In this document: positions 36,137 through 51,412 of the stretch, one piece after another
Numbering within the stretch: position 1 is the stretch's first letter
How the letters are laid out: each line of letters starts with the position of its first letter
NCBI GenBank assembly: GCA_002269645.1
Contig: NIVC01001827.1
Span: forward strand, 62,001-126,000
Source of the DNA: Macrostomum lignano
Taxonomy: Eukaryota
Direction: 5' to 3'
Length of the DNA: 64,000 bases
Program-made: the position numbers and the translations under genes
Notes under the pieces: generated by a model
Seen by the model: the letters and a program-made list of their open reading frames with translations, nothing else
The model's database searches: none
Told to the model about the DNA's origin: nothing

Positions 36137-37208
36137 CTCTCTCCCGCCTCTCTCCCTGTTGAATGCAGAAGACAATTTTTTGATTGATTGATTGATTCCA
36201 AACTACCGATTTGACGGTTCATGCCTACTTCCTATAGGCTCTATTGAAATGGCCATCTAGAGCTAGCAGTTTGTTCAGCTCGAATAAGCAAAGCCAGATC
36301 TACACAAGGAACGTTCATTTCAGTTCACTTGTCAATTGTTTGACCCTTCGTAACAAGTGAAGGTCACATATCATTTTCGGGCACAGACTGCGGTGAGGCT
36401 GAAAATAAAAAAATCTTTAAGCAGTCGTTCGCAATAAACACATTCTAAAAATCTGTGCTGACAGACGAATCAGCCAAGCTGACAGCATTACCGTACCTTG
36501 AGTGTAAATAGTTTGCAGTTGCTGAGAGGCGCACCTGCATAGGTGTGTGTGTAGCTCGAACTCGATTTAGACAAGTTTTATCGCGAACCAGCTGGGAAAT
36601 TGGCGCTAAAAACTGCCTGCTGTTCTTAGACTGGCGCGCGTGACCTCTTATCGATTCCCCAAACAGAGATGTGGGATAAGTCTGGGTTTGGGGAGTGAAG
36701 AAAACAGCTGTTGTTGCTAAAGCAGACAGTCGGTGCAGCAGCGCTAGTAGTGGGCTGGCGACAAACTGCAAAGCTGCATGGGGGCTCCCTTCAATCCTGC
36801 GGCAATCTGCCGATCAGATAGTGTAAAAAGTACTATAAGTGTGCCTGACACAACACTATTATATGCTTTTCTCTACTTCCAGCCTCGACTTTACAATCAC
36901 GGAGCTCTCGGCCATCAAGTCCGTGCATCGCGCATGCAAAAAAGGGAAATGCAAGGGCGAAAGGACGCAAAAAAACTGTTTTTCTTTCGATCTCTCGCTG
37001 CAATTGGGGAAGCTGGACAGTGCACGGATGGAGCCGCCACAGCCAATCCGGGCGGAAATTGCTTCGCCGCCCCTTGGCCTCGGGTTCCTCTCCATCTGAT
37101 AGGGCTAGAGAAAAGAAATTACTTTTAAGGAGGATTAGTAAAAAGGTAGTGGCAGAAACAAGAGGCTCACATGCAGCTGCACTTGAGTGTTCCTTCCATC
37201 CATCCAGC

Positions 37209-37976
37209 ATGTCAGCCGCCAACCAAACCGCTGCATCCGAGTCCGAGTTCGGCCTGGTCCGAGTCCTGCCCGCACTGCCGAACACCGCTTGCGACCCGCT
37301 GCACCTCTACAATGCCTCCAGAGGCGCCGCCGCCCTCGCCGAAGAAGACAACCTGCTGGACATTGCCAGCATTGCGCTGTGCCTGTTCAACACCCTTGCC
37401 AACGGACTGTCTTTTGCCATCTTCATCAACAAGGCCTTCAATCGGTCCATCACCAGCGTGCTGCTGACCGGTCTGTCCATCTTCGAGACCGCCTTCCAGC
37501 TCGGACAGTCGGGATTTCTCACCATCAGCCTGCTGCGCGCCTGCTGCCTGCCGCCGCTGCCCAGCCGCAGCCTGGCGGTCGGCCTGGCCGGTCTGGCCGT
37601 GCTGGCCAGGCAGACTTCGGCCACTTTTCAGCTGGCCCGCAACTGGACTCTGGCCGGCCTCAGCTATTATCGCTACGAGGCCGTCTGCCGGTCCACCTCC
37701 ACCGCGCGGCTGTTCCGCCAGCAGACCTGCGCCCGGGTGCTGGTCGGCGCGGCGCTGCTCTGCGCCCTGGCGATGCTGCCGCGCCTGTTCGAGGCTTACG
37801 AGACCGTCTGCGCGCTGGAGCCGGCTGGCCACTTCGCTCTGGGCTCCACTGTGCCCTACATTCCAGTGTACTCTAACCAGTACTACAGGATCCTCTACCT
37901 GTCCGGCTGCCTGTTCCTGCTGCAGTCCGGCGGACCGGCCATCGTTGTCCTGGTGTGCAGCGCCCACGTACTCAAG
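37209..37976 (+). CDS. Orphan rhodopsin-type (FMRFamide/Srw-like) peptide GPCR, exon 1 (N-terminus to TM5)
   Basis: N-glycosylation sites NQT and NAS; TM1 NTLANGLS; TM2 LTGLSIFE; TM3 LSYYRYEAVC; TM4 LPRLFE; TM5 LQSGGPAI; donor AAG|GTGAAG, phase 0. Confidence 0.88.
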
Positions 37977-38028
37977 GTGAAGATGCAGTTCTTTTGGGGA
38001 GAACTGGATTTTATATCTTCATGTATAT

Positions 38029-38135
38029 CAGGGGTCGGCAAGCTCATCCGGCCCGCGACACATCCGCGTCTTTAAAACATCTCAATAGCAATCCGGCCCG
38101 CTCAAGGTTTGTGTCTCTTCTCAGCTCTCTTCTCT
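38029..38135 (+). mobile_element. hAT-like left end (CAGGGGTCGGCAA...CCGGCCCGC) leading into a CT-rich tract
   Basis: Similar sequence at 45780-45920; no matching right end seen for this copy. Confidence 0.5.
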
Positions 38136-38149
38136 CTAATAATCTCCTC

Positions 38150-38472
38150 TCTTTCCTCTCCTCTCCTCTCCTCTCCTCTCCTCTCCTCTCCTCCCCTCCT
38201 CACCTCTCCTCCCCTCTCCTCTCCTCTCCTCTCCTCTCCTCTCCTCTCCTCTCCTCTCCTCTCCTCTCCTCTCCTCTCCTCTCCTCTCCTCTCCTCTCCT
38301 CTCCCTTCTCTCCTATCCTATCCTCTCCTCTCCTCTCCTCCCCTCTCCTCCCCTCTCCTCTCCTCTCCTCTCCTCTCCTCCCTCTCTCCTCTCCTCTCCT
38401 CTCCTCTCCTCTCCTCTCCTCTCCTCTCCTCTCCTCTCCTCTCCTATCTTCTCTTCTTCTCTTCTCTCCTCT
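38150..38472. repeat. (CTCCT)n simple repeat in the GPCR intron
   Basis: Direct reading. Confidence 0.95.
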
Positions 38473-38819
38473 AAATAGACAAGATAGACAAGATAATTTA
38501 CTGCATTTGTAATCTTTTGGATGAAATTGTTTCCCAGGTGCGATAATTGGCGGTCCGCATCATTATTTACCCAGGAAAATTGCTTTTCAGCTTTATAGAA
38601 ATTGGCAAAGCAGATTTTGCCTTTGAAGTAGAAATTGTTTTGAGCACAATTGGATGCCGAATAAAAATGTACTGGCTTTAAAGAAATTTTCGGGAATCTA
38701 AGGGGGAGGATAATTTCTGAAATTGCTTCTAATTGCGCGCATTCGCTTCTTCCGTGCAAGCAGTCGGGGTAAAAGTAAAAACTGTTGAGCCAGCTTCAAA
38801 GCAGAAAATAATGTCAGCT

Positions 38820-41035
38820 TGGATTTGTTTGGATTTGTCTAGATTCTGCAGGATTTGTTTATAATGGTTTGGATTTGTCTAGATTCGGCATGATTTATCT
38901 AGATTCGGCAGGGTTTGTCTAGATTCGGCAGGATTTGTCTAGATTCGGCAGGATTTATCTAGATTCGGCAGGATTTGTCTAGATTCGGCAGGGTTTGTCT
39001 AGATTCGGCAGGATTTGTCTAGATTCGGCAGGATTTGTCTAGATTCGACAGGATTTGTCTAGATTCTGCAGGATTTGTATAGATTCGGCAGGATTTGTCT
39101 AGATTCGGCAGGATTTGTCTAGATTCGACAGGATTTATCTAGATTCGGCAGGATTTGTCTAGATTCGACAGGATTTGTCTAGATTCGGCAGGATTTATCT
39201 AGATTCGGCAGGATTTGTCTAGATTCGGCAGGATTTGTCTAGATTCGTCAGGATTTGTCTAGATTCGTCAGGATTTGTCTAGATTCGTCAGGATTTGTCT
39301 AGATTCGGCAGGATTTGTCTAGATTCGGCAGGATTTGTCTAGATTCGGCAGGATTTGTCTAGATTCGACAGGATTTGTCTAGATTCGGCAGGATTTGTCT
39401 AGATTCGGCAGGATTTGTCTAGATTCGACAGGATTTGTCTAGATTCGGCAGGATTTATCTAGATTCGGCAGGATTTGTCTAGATTCGTCAGGATTTGTCT
39501 AGATTCGTCAGGATTTGTCTAGATTCGTCAGGATTTGTCTAGATTCGTCAGGATTTGTCTAGATTCGGCAGGATTTGTCTAGATTCGGCAGGATTTGTCT
39601 AGATTCGGCAGGATTTGTCTAGATTCGACAGGATTTGTCTAGATTCGGCAGGATTTGTCTAGATTCGGCAGGATTTGTCTAGATTCGGCAGGATTTGTCT
39701 AGATTCGGCAGGATTTGTCTAGATTCTGCAGGATTTGTCTAGATTCGGCAGGATTTGTCTGGATTCTGCAGGATTTGTCTAGATTCGTCAGGATTTGTCT
39801 AGATTCTGCAGGATTTGTCTAGATTCGGCAGGATTTGTCTAGATTCTGCAGGATTTGTCTAGATTCGTCAGGATTTGTCTAGATTCGGCATCATCTGTTT
39901 AGATTCGTCAGGATTTGTCTAGATTCGGCATCATCTGTTTAGATTCGTCAGGATTTGTCTAGATTCGGGAGGATTTGTCTAGATTCGGCAGGATTTGTCT
40001 AGATTCGGCAGGATTTGTCTAGATTCGGCAGGATTTATCTAGATTCGGCAGGATTTGTCTAGATTCGGCAGGGTTTGTCTAGATTCGGCAGGATTTGTCT
40101 AGATTCGGCAGGATTTGTCTAGATTCGACAGGATTTGTCTAGATTCGTCAGGATTTGTCTAGATTCGTCAGGATTTGTCTAGATTCGGCATCATCTGTTT
40201 AGATTCGTCAGGATTTGTCTAGATTCGGGAGGATTTGTCTAGATTCTGCAGGATTTGTCTAGATTCGGCAGGATTTGTCTAGATTCGGGAGGATTTGTCT
40301 AGATTCTGCAGGATTTGTCTAGATTCGTCAGGATTTGTCTAGATTCGGCAGGATTTGTCTAGATTCGGCAGGATTTGTCTAGATTCGGCAGGATTTGTCT
40401 AGATTCGGCAGGATTTGTCTAGATTCGGCAGGATTTGTCTAGATTCTGCAGGATTTGTCTAGATTCGGCAGGATTTGTCTAGATTCGGCAGGATTTGTCT
40501 AGATTCTGCAGGATTTGTCTAGATTCGTCAGGATTTGTCTAGATTCGGCATCATCTGTTTAGATTCGTCAGGATTTGTCTAGATTCGGGAGGATTTGTCT
40601 AGATTCTGCAGGATTTGTCTAGATTCGTCAGGATTTGTCTAGATTCGGCAGGATTTGTCTAGATTCGGCAGGATTTGTCTAGATTCGGCAGGATTTGTCT
40701 AGATTCGGCAGGATTTGTCTAGATTCGGCAGGATTTGTCTAGATTCTGCAGGATTTGTCTAGATTCTGCAGGATTTGTCTAGATTCGGCAGGATTTGTCT
40801 AGATTCGGCAGGATTTGTCTAGATTCGGCAGGATTTGTCTAGATTCTGCAAGATTTGTCTAGATTCTGCAGGATTTGTCTAGATTCGTCAGGATTTGTAT
40901 AGATTCGTCAGGATTTGTCTAGATTCTGCAGGATTTGTCTAGATTCGGCAGGATTTGTCTAGATTCGGCAGGATTTGTCTAGATTCGGCAGGATTTGTCT
41001 AGATTCGGCAGGATTTGTCTAGATTCACAGGATTT
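38820..41035. repeat. 20-bp minisatellite (GGATTTGTCTAGATTCGGCA)n in the GPCR intron
   Basis: Period 20, about 110 units; variation concentrated at the TTCGG position. Confidence 0.98.
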
Positions 41036-41946
41036 GTATAGACATGCTGACAGCTCCAGATGTTTCCATAAAAAACAAACGGAGATGGGAATTCCATGCG
41101 AGCCGCGTGATACTGGACCTGAGTCCCCAGCAGCAATATTCACACCGAAAGGGGAGGGGTCGGGAAAGCCTAACTCAAGGGGAGATTCAGTTAATCTAGT
41201 TAGCATTGACTACTGCATGACCCGGCTTAGAAAAATGTTTGTCGCCAGTGGAGAGAGCTGACCGTTCGGCCGTCCGGCTGTCCGAGACCCTCTAGCTGAT
41301 ATTTTTTCGGGTAAAACTCCGCTCCTGTCTTGAATTTTCATCTGAACTTCATTTTCAACTTCAGTTTCACAACCTGACTCTACTGGGCGTGCGAGAGATT
41401 CGAGATTAAACAGTCAGTCGTTTGACTCATTGAAGCTCTACTCATTGAAATTCTTCTGTCTGGATGGATTAAGTCAACTGCTCCTGGGTTCAAACCGGCT
41501 GCAAAATGCTAAACGAACGTATTTATAAACACATTTGCCTAGAAATCAATGCACTATTGCTCATTAACTACTGCAAACTTCTAATAAAGTTACGTAGTGG
41601 CAAATGAATTAATCTATCAAAATTCTATTAATAGACTGTTACTACAAAATCCGAATTCCAACATAGCGTTGCCACCTTCCACAGTCTCAGCACTGTACAA
41701 GATGTACGAGTAATAATAGCCTTCTTGTCCCAGTGGCGCAGCCAAGGATTTCCATCTTGGAGGATCCCAGGAGGGATCACGTAGTCCGCGTGATTGAAGA
41801 ACTTTTTCTAGCGATATTTTAAAGGGAGCAGCTCCCATCTCAATTTTGATGGCCAGGCTAGTCACTGTCGGGTGCGCCGTGCCAGTGAATCGTGTGTATT
41901 TCTATGTAAACACATTCTGTAATATTTTCGCTATCCTTCACCCCAG

Positions 41947-42453
41947 GTCCTGTGGGCCCGGCAAAGGTTCCGCGAGTCGCACAACCTTCGGCGCAAGTCC
42001 GGCACTGACAAGCTGATCATCATGCTAGCATTGACCTTCTTTGTGCTGGAGATGCCCGCCTTCTTCTCCAAACTGCTATTCGCTTTCAAGGCCCTGTCAA
42101 AGTCCACCGAAGTGACTCTGTCGAAGTGGTCCAACATGCTGATCACCCTGGACTCGTCTATGAACATCTTCATCTACCTGGTGTCCAACCCGACCTTCCT
42201 GCAGGTGGCCAAGCAGCTGCTCTGCCGACGCGCCCCGGCCCAGGCTGGCGGCCAGAGAGACTCGAACGAGGAGACAATCAACGCTACGAAGTCGCCGACT
42301 CGCGCGAATCAGCAGCATAACCAGCAGCAGCATCTGGCGCGGCAGCCACTGCAGTACAGACAGCTGCCAACTGTAGAAACTGAGGAACAGATAGAGCTGC
42401 GCGAGCTGCATCGGGAACAAGTTCAACGGCACTACGAAGTTACGGAGCTTTGA
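41947..42453 (+). CDS. GPCR exon 2 (ICL3, TM6, TM7, C-tail); joined protein 424 aa
   Basis: Acceptor CCTTCACCCCAG|; TM6 LTFFVLEMPAFF; TM7 LDSSMNIFIYLVSN; stop TGA at 42451-42453. Confidence 0.88.
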   Translation, partial: VLWARQRFRESHNLRRKSGTDKLIIMLALTFFVLEMPAFFSKLLFAFKALSKSTEVTLSKWSNMLITLDSSMNIFIYLVSNPTFLQVAKQLLCRRAPAQAGGQRDSNEETINATKSPTRANQQHNQQQHLARQPLQYRQLPTVETEEQIELRELHREQVQRHYEVTEL

Positions 42454-44745
42454 AAGTTGAGTTCTAACATTTCCTTAGAGTTATCCTGTAGTTTTGCTGT
42501 TACTGCAAGTTGACTATTCAACTCTCTCTCCATTCCTCTGGACAGATCAGTAACAACATAGTAGGTATTAACTCACCGCATTCAGGATTCGCTTTAAAAA
42601 GTTTCACGAACCAGAAACTTAGTCAAACAGACATTTCATAAACTAAATTAGAAACTAGAAATTTCCCCAGACGTCCCGAATCTCCAGCTGTTTTCTGCCG
42701 TGATTGAAATTGAAATTCATAATTCATAGAACTGGTTGCTAAGATTGTCTACGGAGTTAAAGTTATAGCGAGTGAAGCATCTTTTCGGAAAGTGTAACTT
42801 TCTCACGACACGAAGTTTCTAGTTTGTGAAGCTTTTTAACTAGTGAAGGTGCATGTTTTGTTCTGTGAAAGTTCTAGTTTCTAATTGTGTGAAATTGTGT
42901 TGTGTTGTTCAAGTCGATCAATTAATTGACAAATAAATAAATAATTGTGTGCCAGACGGCAACTAAAAGCCAGACCGCTTCTAAATTAAACAAAATTGAA
43001 GGGTGACTCGACATTTGAGACCTCTGTTGTTTCTTGAGTCCTGCCAAGCATGCCAAACAAATTGAAATTGCTTTCACTTGGCACTGATGAATCACTGCGG
43101 CGCGTGACCAGTGCCAGCCGGATATTTTGACCTGTTGTTTCTCGGCCAAGCTTTTCAATCCAGAACTCTCCGGCTTGGGTCATTCAAAGTCCCTTCCCGC
43201 GCATCCCGGGCCAGGGATTCTTCTGGTTCGTCTCTCTCGTTCTGTCAACAGCGGAAATGACGGTCCAAGCTGGCTGTAATGGCGGAGATCGCGAACCGCC
43301 CGATCATCCCTTGCAGAGCGATTAATCAGGCATGCTGCTGCCGCTGGCAAGGCCATTTCTGCCCCGTGCTACAGTAATACTGTGTGTGCTGCAGTGATGA
43401 ATGACTGGCAGTGAGCAATCTTGATGCAGCTCTCGGTGAGCCAGGTTTTTTTGGGCATTAGTCCTTCGTGAAATCTCTCCGAGTGGCTTTTTCTATATTC
43501 TCCTCTCGAGTGAGTCCCTCAGCTCTAGAGCCGAGCTTCCTCGTGAGCCATCATCAGTCTGAGCAGCATCCTCTTGGGCTCCCCTGCTCATCCTCTCTGC
43601 CTGCAATGAGTAAAAAGCACGGAGAACAGATGATATGGAAATAACTTTGACAGGCCCGTGAGATGATGAACACAAATTAGCGCTGCTCAGAATGTAAATA
43701 CCTGGGCTCTCTCCTCTTCTCTGTAAAAATTTTCTGCGTTATGAACTGTTCGCTTTTAATAAATAATTGCTCTGGAGACTCTATAGAAATTAATTTACTA
43801 TTTTTAGATTATTGCTCAACGCTTACGATATCAGAGCAAAGTCGAAACTGGTTTTTTCAAAAGTCCCCGCGATTCGATGCCGTGCGCGGGCTGCGGATGG
43901 AGTTCGTGCTCGGAAATCGGTGGCTTGTCGTGCAAATTACTAACAGGTGCAGAGTGCGTGCATGCCTGATCAAAAAGCCAGGGGGGCCTTGGTACACCCC
44001 ATGAATCGAATTCATCCTGCATTAAGCTGTTGCTTGGCTTAGTTCACAGCGAACTTTTGGCGTTAAAGTTGATGAGGAGCATCACGCCGGGTTACCCTAC
44101 GTGGATGCCAATTTTATGCGAAACAATGCATGTAATTTAGATAACCATAGCTACTTTTAAATACACGGATTATCCTTAAATAATATTTTACACAATCCTG
44201 GCGCCCAAGTAAAAGTCCATCGTGTCCACTATAGTATCATTGAGTCAAGAAAGAGGATGAATATCCTATCTGAGCAGCTGCGTTGCCTCAACTAACGCCT
44301 TTTCCGTTCTCTCTCACTGTCGAATAAGACGGGTTGCACCAAAGCCACGCTTCTTCTGTCATCCTTTATCCGGATGATATATGGCTGTAGCGCACTAGCT
44401 ATATATTATTTTATGCCAGCCTCTGCCAGACTATGAAATCCAGCTCGAATCCAGTTTAATATTGCTAAAGGAATTTTGCCTGGGAGAGCATATCTCCAGA
44501 TTGAGGAGAGGCGCACTAGATGAATGAACGGATGGTGCGAAGGCACTCTCTGGATCTATGGAGATGATTTTTGCAACTATATAGATTTGAGTTATTTGCT
44601 TTAAGCGCAGTCTGTGAGAATATCCTCTCTCTAATGCTGGGCGCGAAGCTAGAATTATAAAGAGCTTTTGTTTTCACTTTGTGAAAAGATGATGGGCCCA
44701 GAATCAGTGAGTTCGATTTAGCCTGTCCTGTGATTCACGTCAGGA

Positions 44746-45255
44746 GCGCACCAGGGGCGCCAGCACCAGGGGCGCCAGCACCAGGGGCTTTAGCACCAGG
44801 GGCGCCAGCACCAGGGGCTTTAGCACCAGGGGCGCCAGCACCAGGGGCGCCAGCACCAGGGGCGCCAGCACCAGGGGCGCCAGCACCAGGGGCGCCAGCA
44901 CCAGGGGCTTTAGCACCAGGGGCGCCAGCACCAGGGGCTTTAGCACCAGGGGCGCCAGCACCAGGGGCTTTAGCACCAGGGGCGCCAGCACCAGGGGCTT
45001 TAGCACCAGGGGCGCCAGCACCAGGGGCGCCAGCACCAGGGGCGCCAGCACCAGGGGCGCCAGCACCAGGGGCTTTAGCACCAGGGGCGCCAGCACCAGG
45101 GGCGCCAGCACCAGGGGCGCCAGCACCAGGGGCTTTAGCACCAGGGGCGCCAGCACCAGGGGCTTTAGCACCAGGGGCGCCAGCACCAGGGGCGCCAGCA
45201 CCAGGGGCGCCAGCACCAGGGGCGCCAGCACCAGGGGCGCCAGCACCAGCACCAG
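44746..45255. repeat. 15-bp GC-rich minisatellite (GCACCAGGGGCGCCA / GCACCAGGGGCTTTA)n
   Basis: Direct reading; two unit variants; spurious PGAPA ORF. Confidence 0.97.
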
Positions 45256-45779
45256 GCAGGTCCATAGGAAAATTTCTTTCCTATGGACCTGCAGTCTCAG
45301 CGAAGGTAAGACTCTGAAAGCCGAGAGACGCAGAACGCAGCAGGTGGGCGCGGCAGTTCAATCATGCAGCGATTTGCGAAATTTCCGCTCTCGGTTTTTG
45401 TTCGGTTTAAGAAACTCTCCGACAGCAGGCATCCACCTGCCTCTGCCTGGATTTCTGACGGAGCAGATGGTTTGAGCAGTCAGCCTGCGTGAGAGATTAC
45501 TCCACAATTAGAGAGCTTGGGTGAGAAGGGGAAGACTGTTCCGGGGGGGGGGGGGGCTCTCTCTGTCAGACGAACGTTGCAATTAAAACTCGAAATATTT
45601 TTTGCGTCATCGATTCGGCCATCTAAAGAGTGTTTTGCTCAGCAGCTTTCCAGATTTCCAGACGAGTAGTGACGAATTCTGACTTAGCCCATGTTAGTTT
45701 GCCTCACAGACTAGGATTAAATAGATAATGTAAGATCTTATTTTCATTTCAAGTACATGCAGAGATGACCTGGCTACGT

Positions 45780-46085
45780 CAGAGGTCGGCAACTCCGGCC
45801 CGCGGACCACATGTGGCCTGTAAAGCCTCTCTATCCGGCCCTCGGATCCTTTGAAACTTCACAACAGCAATCCGGCCCGCTCAAAGTTTGTCTCTTCCCA
45901 GCTCTCTTCTCTCTAATCTCCTCTCTTCTCGACCTTCTCTCCTCTCCTTCTCTTCTCTCCTCTCTCTTCGTCTCTCCTCTCTCCCCTCCTCTCGTCTCCT
46001 CTCTTCTCATTTATTCCCTCGCCTCTCCTTTCGTCATCTCTCTTCCATCTCCTCTCTCCCCTCCTCTGGCCCGAAGTCGTGCTCT
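45780..46085 (+). mobile_element. Second hAT-like left end plus CT-rich tract
   Basis: CAGAGGTCGGCAACTCCGGCCCGCGG...ATCCGGCCCGCTCAAAGTTTG, similar to 38029-38135. Confidence 0.5.
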
Positions 46086-46362
46086 AGGTTCTCAATCTGG
46101 CTCTTGATTTTTCCGACCTTGGGGGTTACGTTCAATACCACTCAAGATTAGTACACATGATGTACTGACTGAATTACGCTCGTATTTGACCCTCCTCGAT
46201 TCGGCCATGTACGCCACTTGCGGGTGGGAACCATCGACTAGTAGCCGCATGAAAAAATCTCTATCTCTTTCAATCGATCGAAATGTCACTTCACGGAATG
46301 CCTAATGGCTGGTCATTAACTAAAAGTCTTGTTTCGGCCATAGACAATTCACTCAATGCAGC

Positions 46363-46511
46363 TAATATGAAGCGAGAATTTAAGTTAATGACCAAGGTTA
46401 CGAGTGGGTAGGGATACAGACACACCCCTGAATAATCGGAGAGTAGGCACCGACCCCTGAAGAGTCGCACTCGTGACCTTGGTCAATAACTTAAATTCTC
46501 GCGTCATATTA
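46363..46511. mobile_element. Small MITE/hairpin with 44-bp TIRs
   Basis: TAATATGAAGCGAGAATTTAAGTTAATGACCAAGGTTACGAGTG mirrored at 46468-46511 with 3 mismatches; TA at both ends. Confidence 0.7.
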
Positions 46512-47696
46512 ACCTTCCATTATTTGATCAAACCATTAATTTGCAGAGATGATGGACTGTAATGTAACCTGCAAATACACAATAGCACAATTTATGATAG
46601 CAACGCCTTGGAAAAAGACCAATGATTATGCATGGGCGTCGCCATGGATTATTATTTGAAACGGTGTTGTTAGCATACTGACTTTGGTGAAGCAGGCCAG
46701 ACTACAGCATTCTAATACTCATTTTGGCGCGACAGGCACTCATTTTGGCGCCACTGTCTCTTGGTGGGCGCCCCTATATTCTTGGTAGGGGCCAGTGTTT
46801 CTTGGTTAGCGCTCCTGTCTCTTGGTTGGCCGGTGGATGTTATCCGTACGTCCAAGAGGTGGAAAAAGTCAATGCTCCTGTCCTTCGTCGAAACCTCTTG
46901 AGAAATAAATGAACAGCTCACGGGGGAGGTCCGTGGCCCGCTGGATTCCTCTGGACGCCATCGATCTGGGCAGTCTGTATACAGGATCTGCATCAGCGGC
47001 TCGAGCTACTTATTTCAGTAATAAGGATCAAAAACAACGTTTTGCGGTACTCAGATACATGTGCATGAATAATATTCATTGCAACTGAAAAGAGGCAGTT
47101 GCAATTTAGTCGAGTAGACAACGTGGTGTAGTCAGTGATTAGCTGACTAGATTCAAAGTTGGCTTTATGCATTTAGTTTAATTAAACTGGAGCAAATATT
47201 ATCGAGCTCGCCTAAAAGAGCTTTCTGTGCAAATCGGCGAGAGATATAATAGTCGCGCTCGTAGAGTGGGCGCCCGGCCCTGTCTCTTTGGTGGACGCAT
47301 GATACTCGCATTTCATCTGCATGCATGCATGAGGACTCCTCGGTCAAGCCCGATTGTTTATAGCCTGCATATAAATCGCTGAGCATTAAAAAGTCTATTG
47401 AGTTAGAAAAACTGAACCACAAGGACAAGGGAAAGAGGAAATTCATAAAAATTCCTGCCTTCAAAGGCAGATAAAATATTGACCGGTACAGCACGATGGA
47501 CGCGAGCTCTTGACTCGTCTTTGCACCGGTAAACTGGATGCGTGAATGCGCTAGCTGCATACTGTAAATAAACCAATATAGCTATATTATCGATGTTTAT
47601 GCAGCTGTCCTACTGCATTAATCCCATCCCCGCTGAGGCGTAGCTACTGCAGTCCACCCCCAGGTGCTACCAGCTCTGCATCTGAATTATAGTACG

Positions 47697-50614
<2,918 letters not shown>

Positions 50615-51321
50615 ACAAGCTGTTGAAACCCGCGGATTTTGAACCCGGGGAATTCTAATCTCCGGAACTACTTTTGCATGTATTCTGAAATCTAAGGCCA
50701 TACACTAACAAATTAATAGTAGGATAGAGGTAGACATAAAATGGAGCACATTCGTGTAAAATTAGGGTTTGAGGCAAACGTTGATATTGTTGGCTGGGGT
50801 ACTGCGCAGAATGTCAGGCAATGTCTGTCTGACTCTAAAACATATATTGCTAAACTCTGGTCTCTCCCTGACTCTCCCTACGTCCCTTGGATCCTTTAAA
50901 ATTTCTATCGTCTCTTTGTTTCCTTTCTTCTCTCTCATCCCTCGTCTCTCCTCTCTCTTCTCTCCTCTCTTCTCTTGTATCTTCCCTCATCTCTCTTCTG
51001 TTTCATCTCTCTTCCCTATTCTTTTCTCTCTCCTCTTCTCTCTCCTTTCTACTTTTCGTTTTCTCTCTGCTCTTCTCTCTCCTCTCTACTCTTTCGTTTT
51101 CTCTCTCCTCTCCTCTCTCCTCTCTCCCCCTCTTCTCTCGTCTCTCCCTCACATCTTTCCTCTCTCTCTTTCCACTCATCTCTTTTCTTGTTTTATATCT
51201 TCTCTCTCCCCTCGTCGCCCGTCTCTTCCCTCACCTCTCTTCTCTCTCGTCTGCTCTTTCATCTCTCCTTTCTCTTCTTTTATCTTTTCTCTCTTATCTC
51301 TTCTCGTTTCTATCTGCTCTG

Positions 51322-51412
<91 letters not shown>

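Noticed and set aside
41731-41881. Possible CAGTGGCGCA...TGCGCCGTG MITE
   Set aside because: Only about 10 imperfect TIR bases and no TSD found.
44730-45317. Collagen- or elastin-like (PGAPA)n ORF
   Set aside because: It is a near-perfect 15-bp repeat with no synonymous variation, open in three frames, with no convincing gene context.
47165-47560. 131-aa minus-strand ORF with vague resemblance to a hAT transposase catalytic region
   Set aside because: No intact DE motif and no flanking TIRs; similarity is too weak to support without a profile search.
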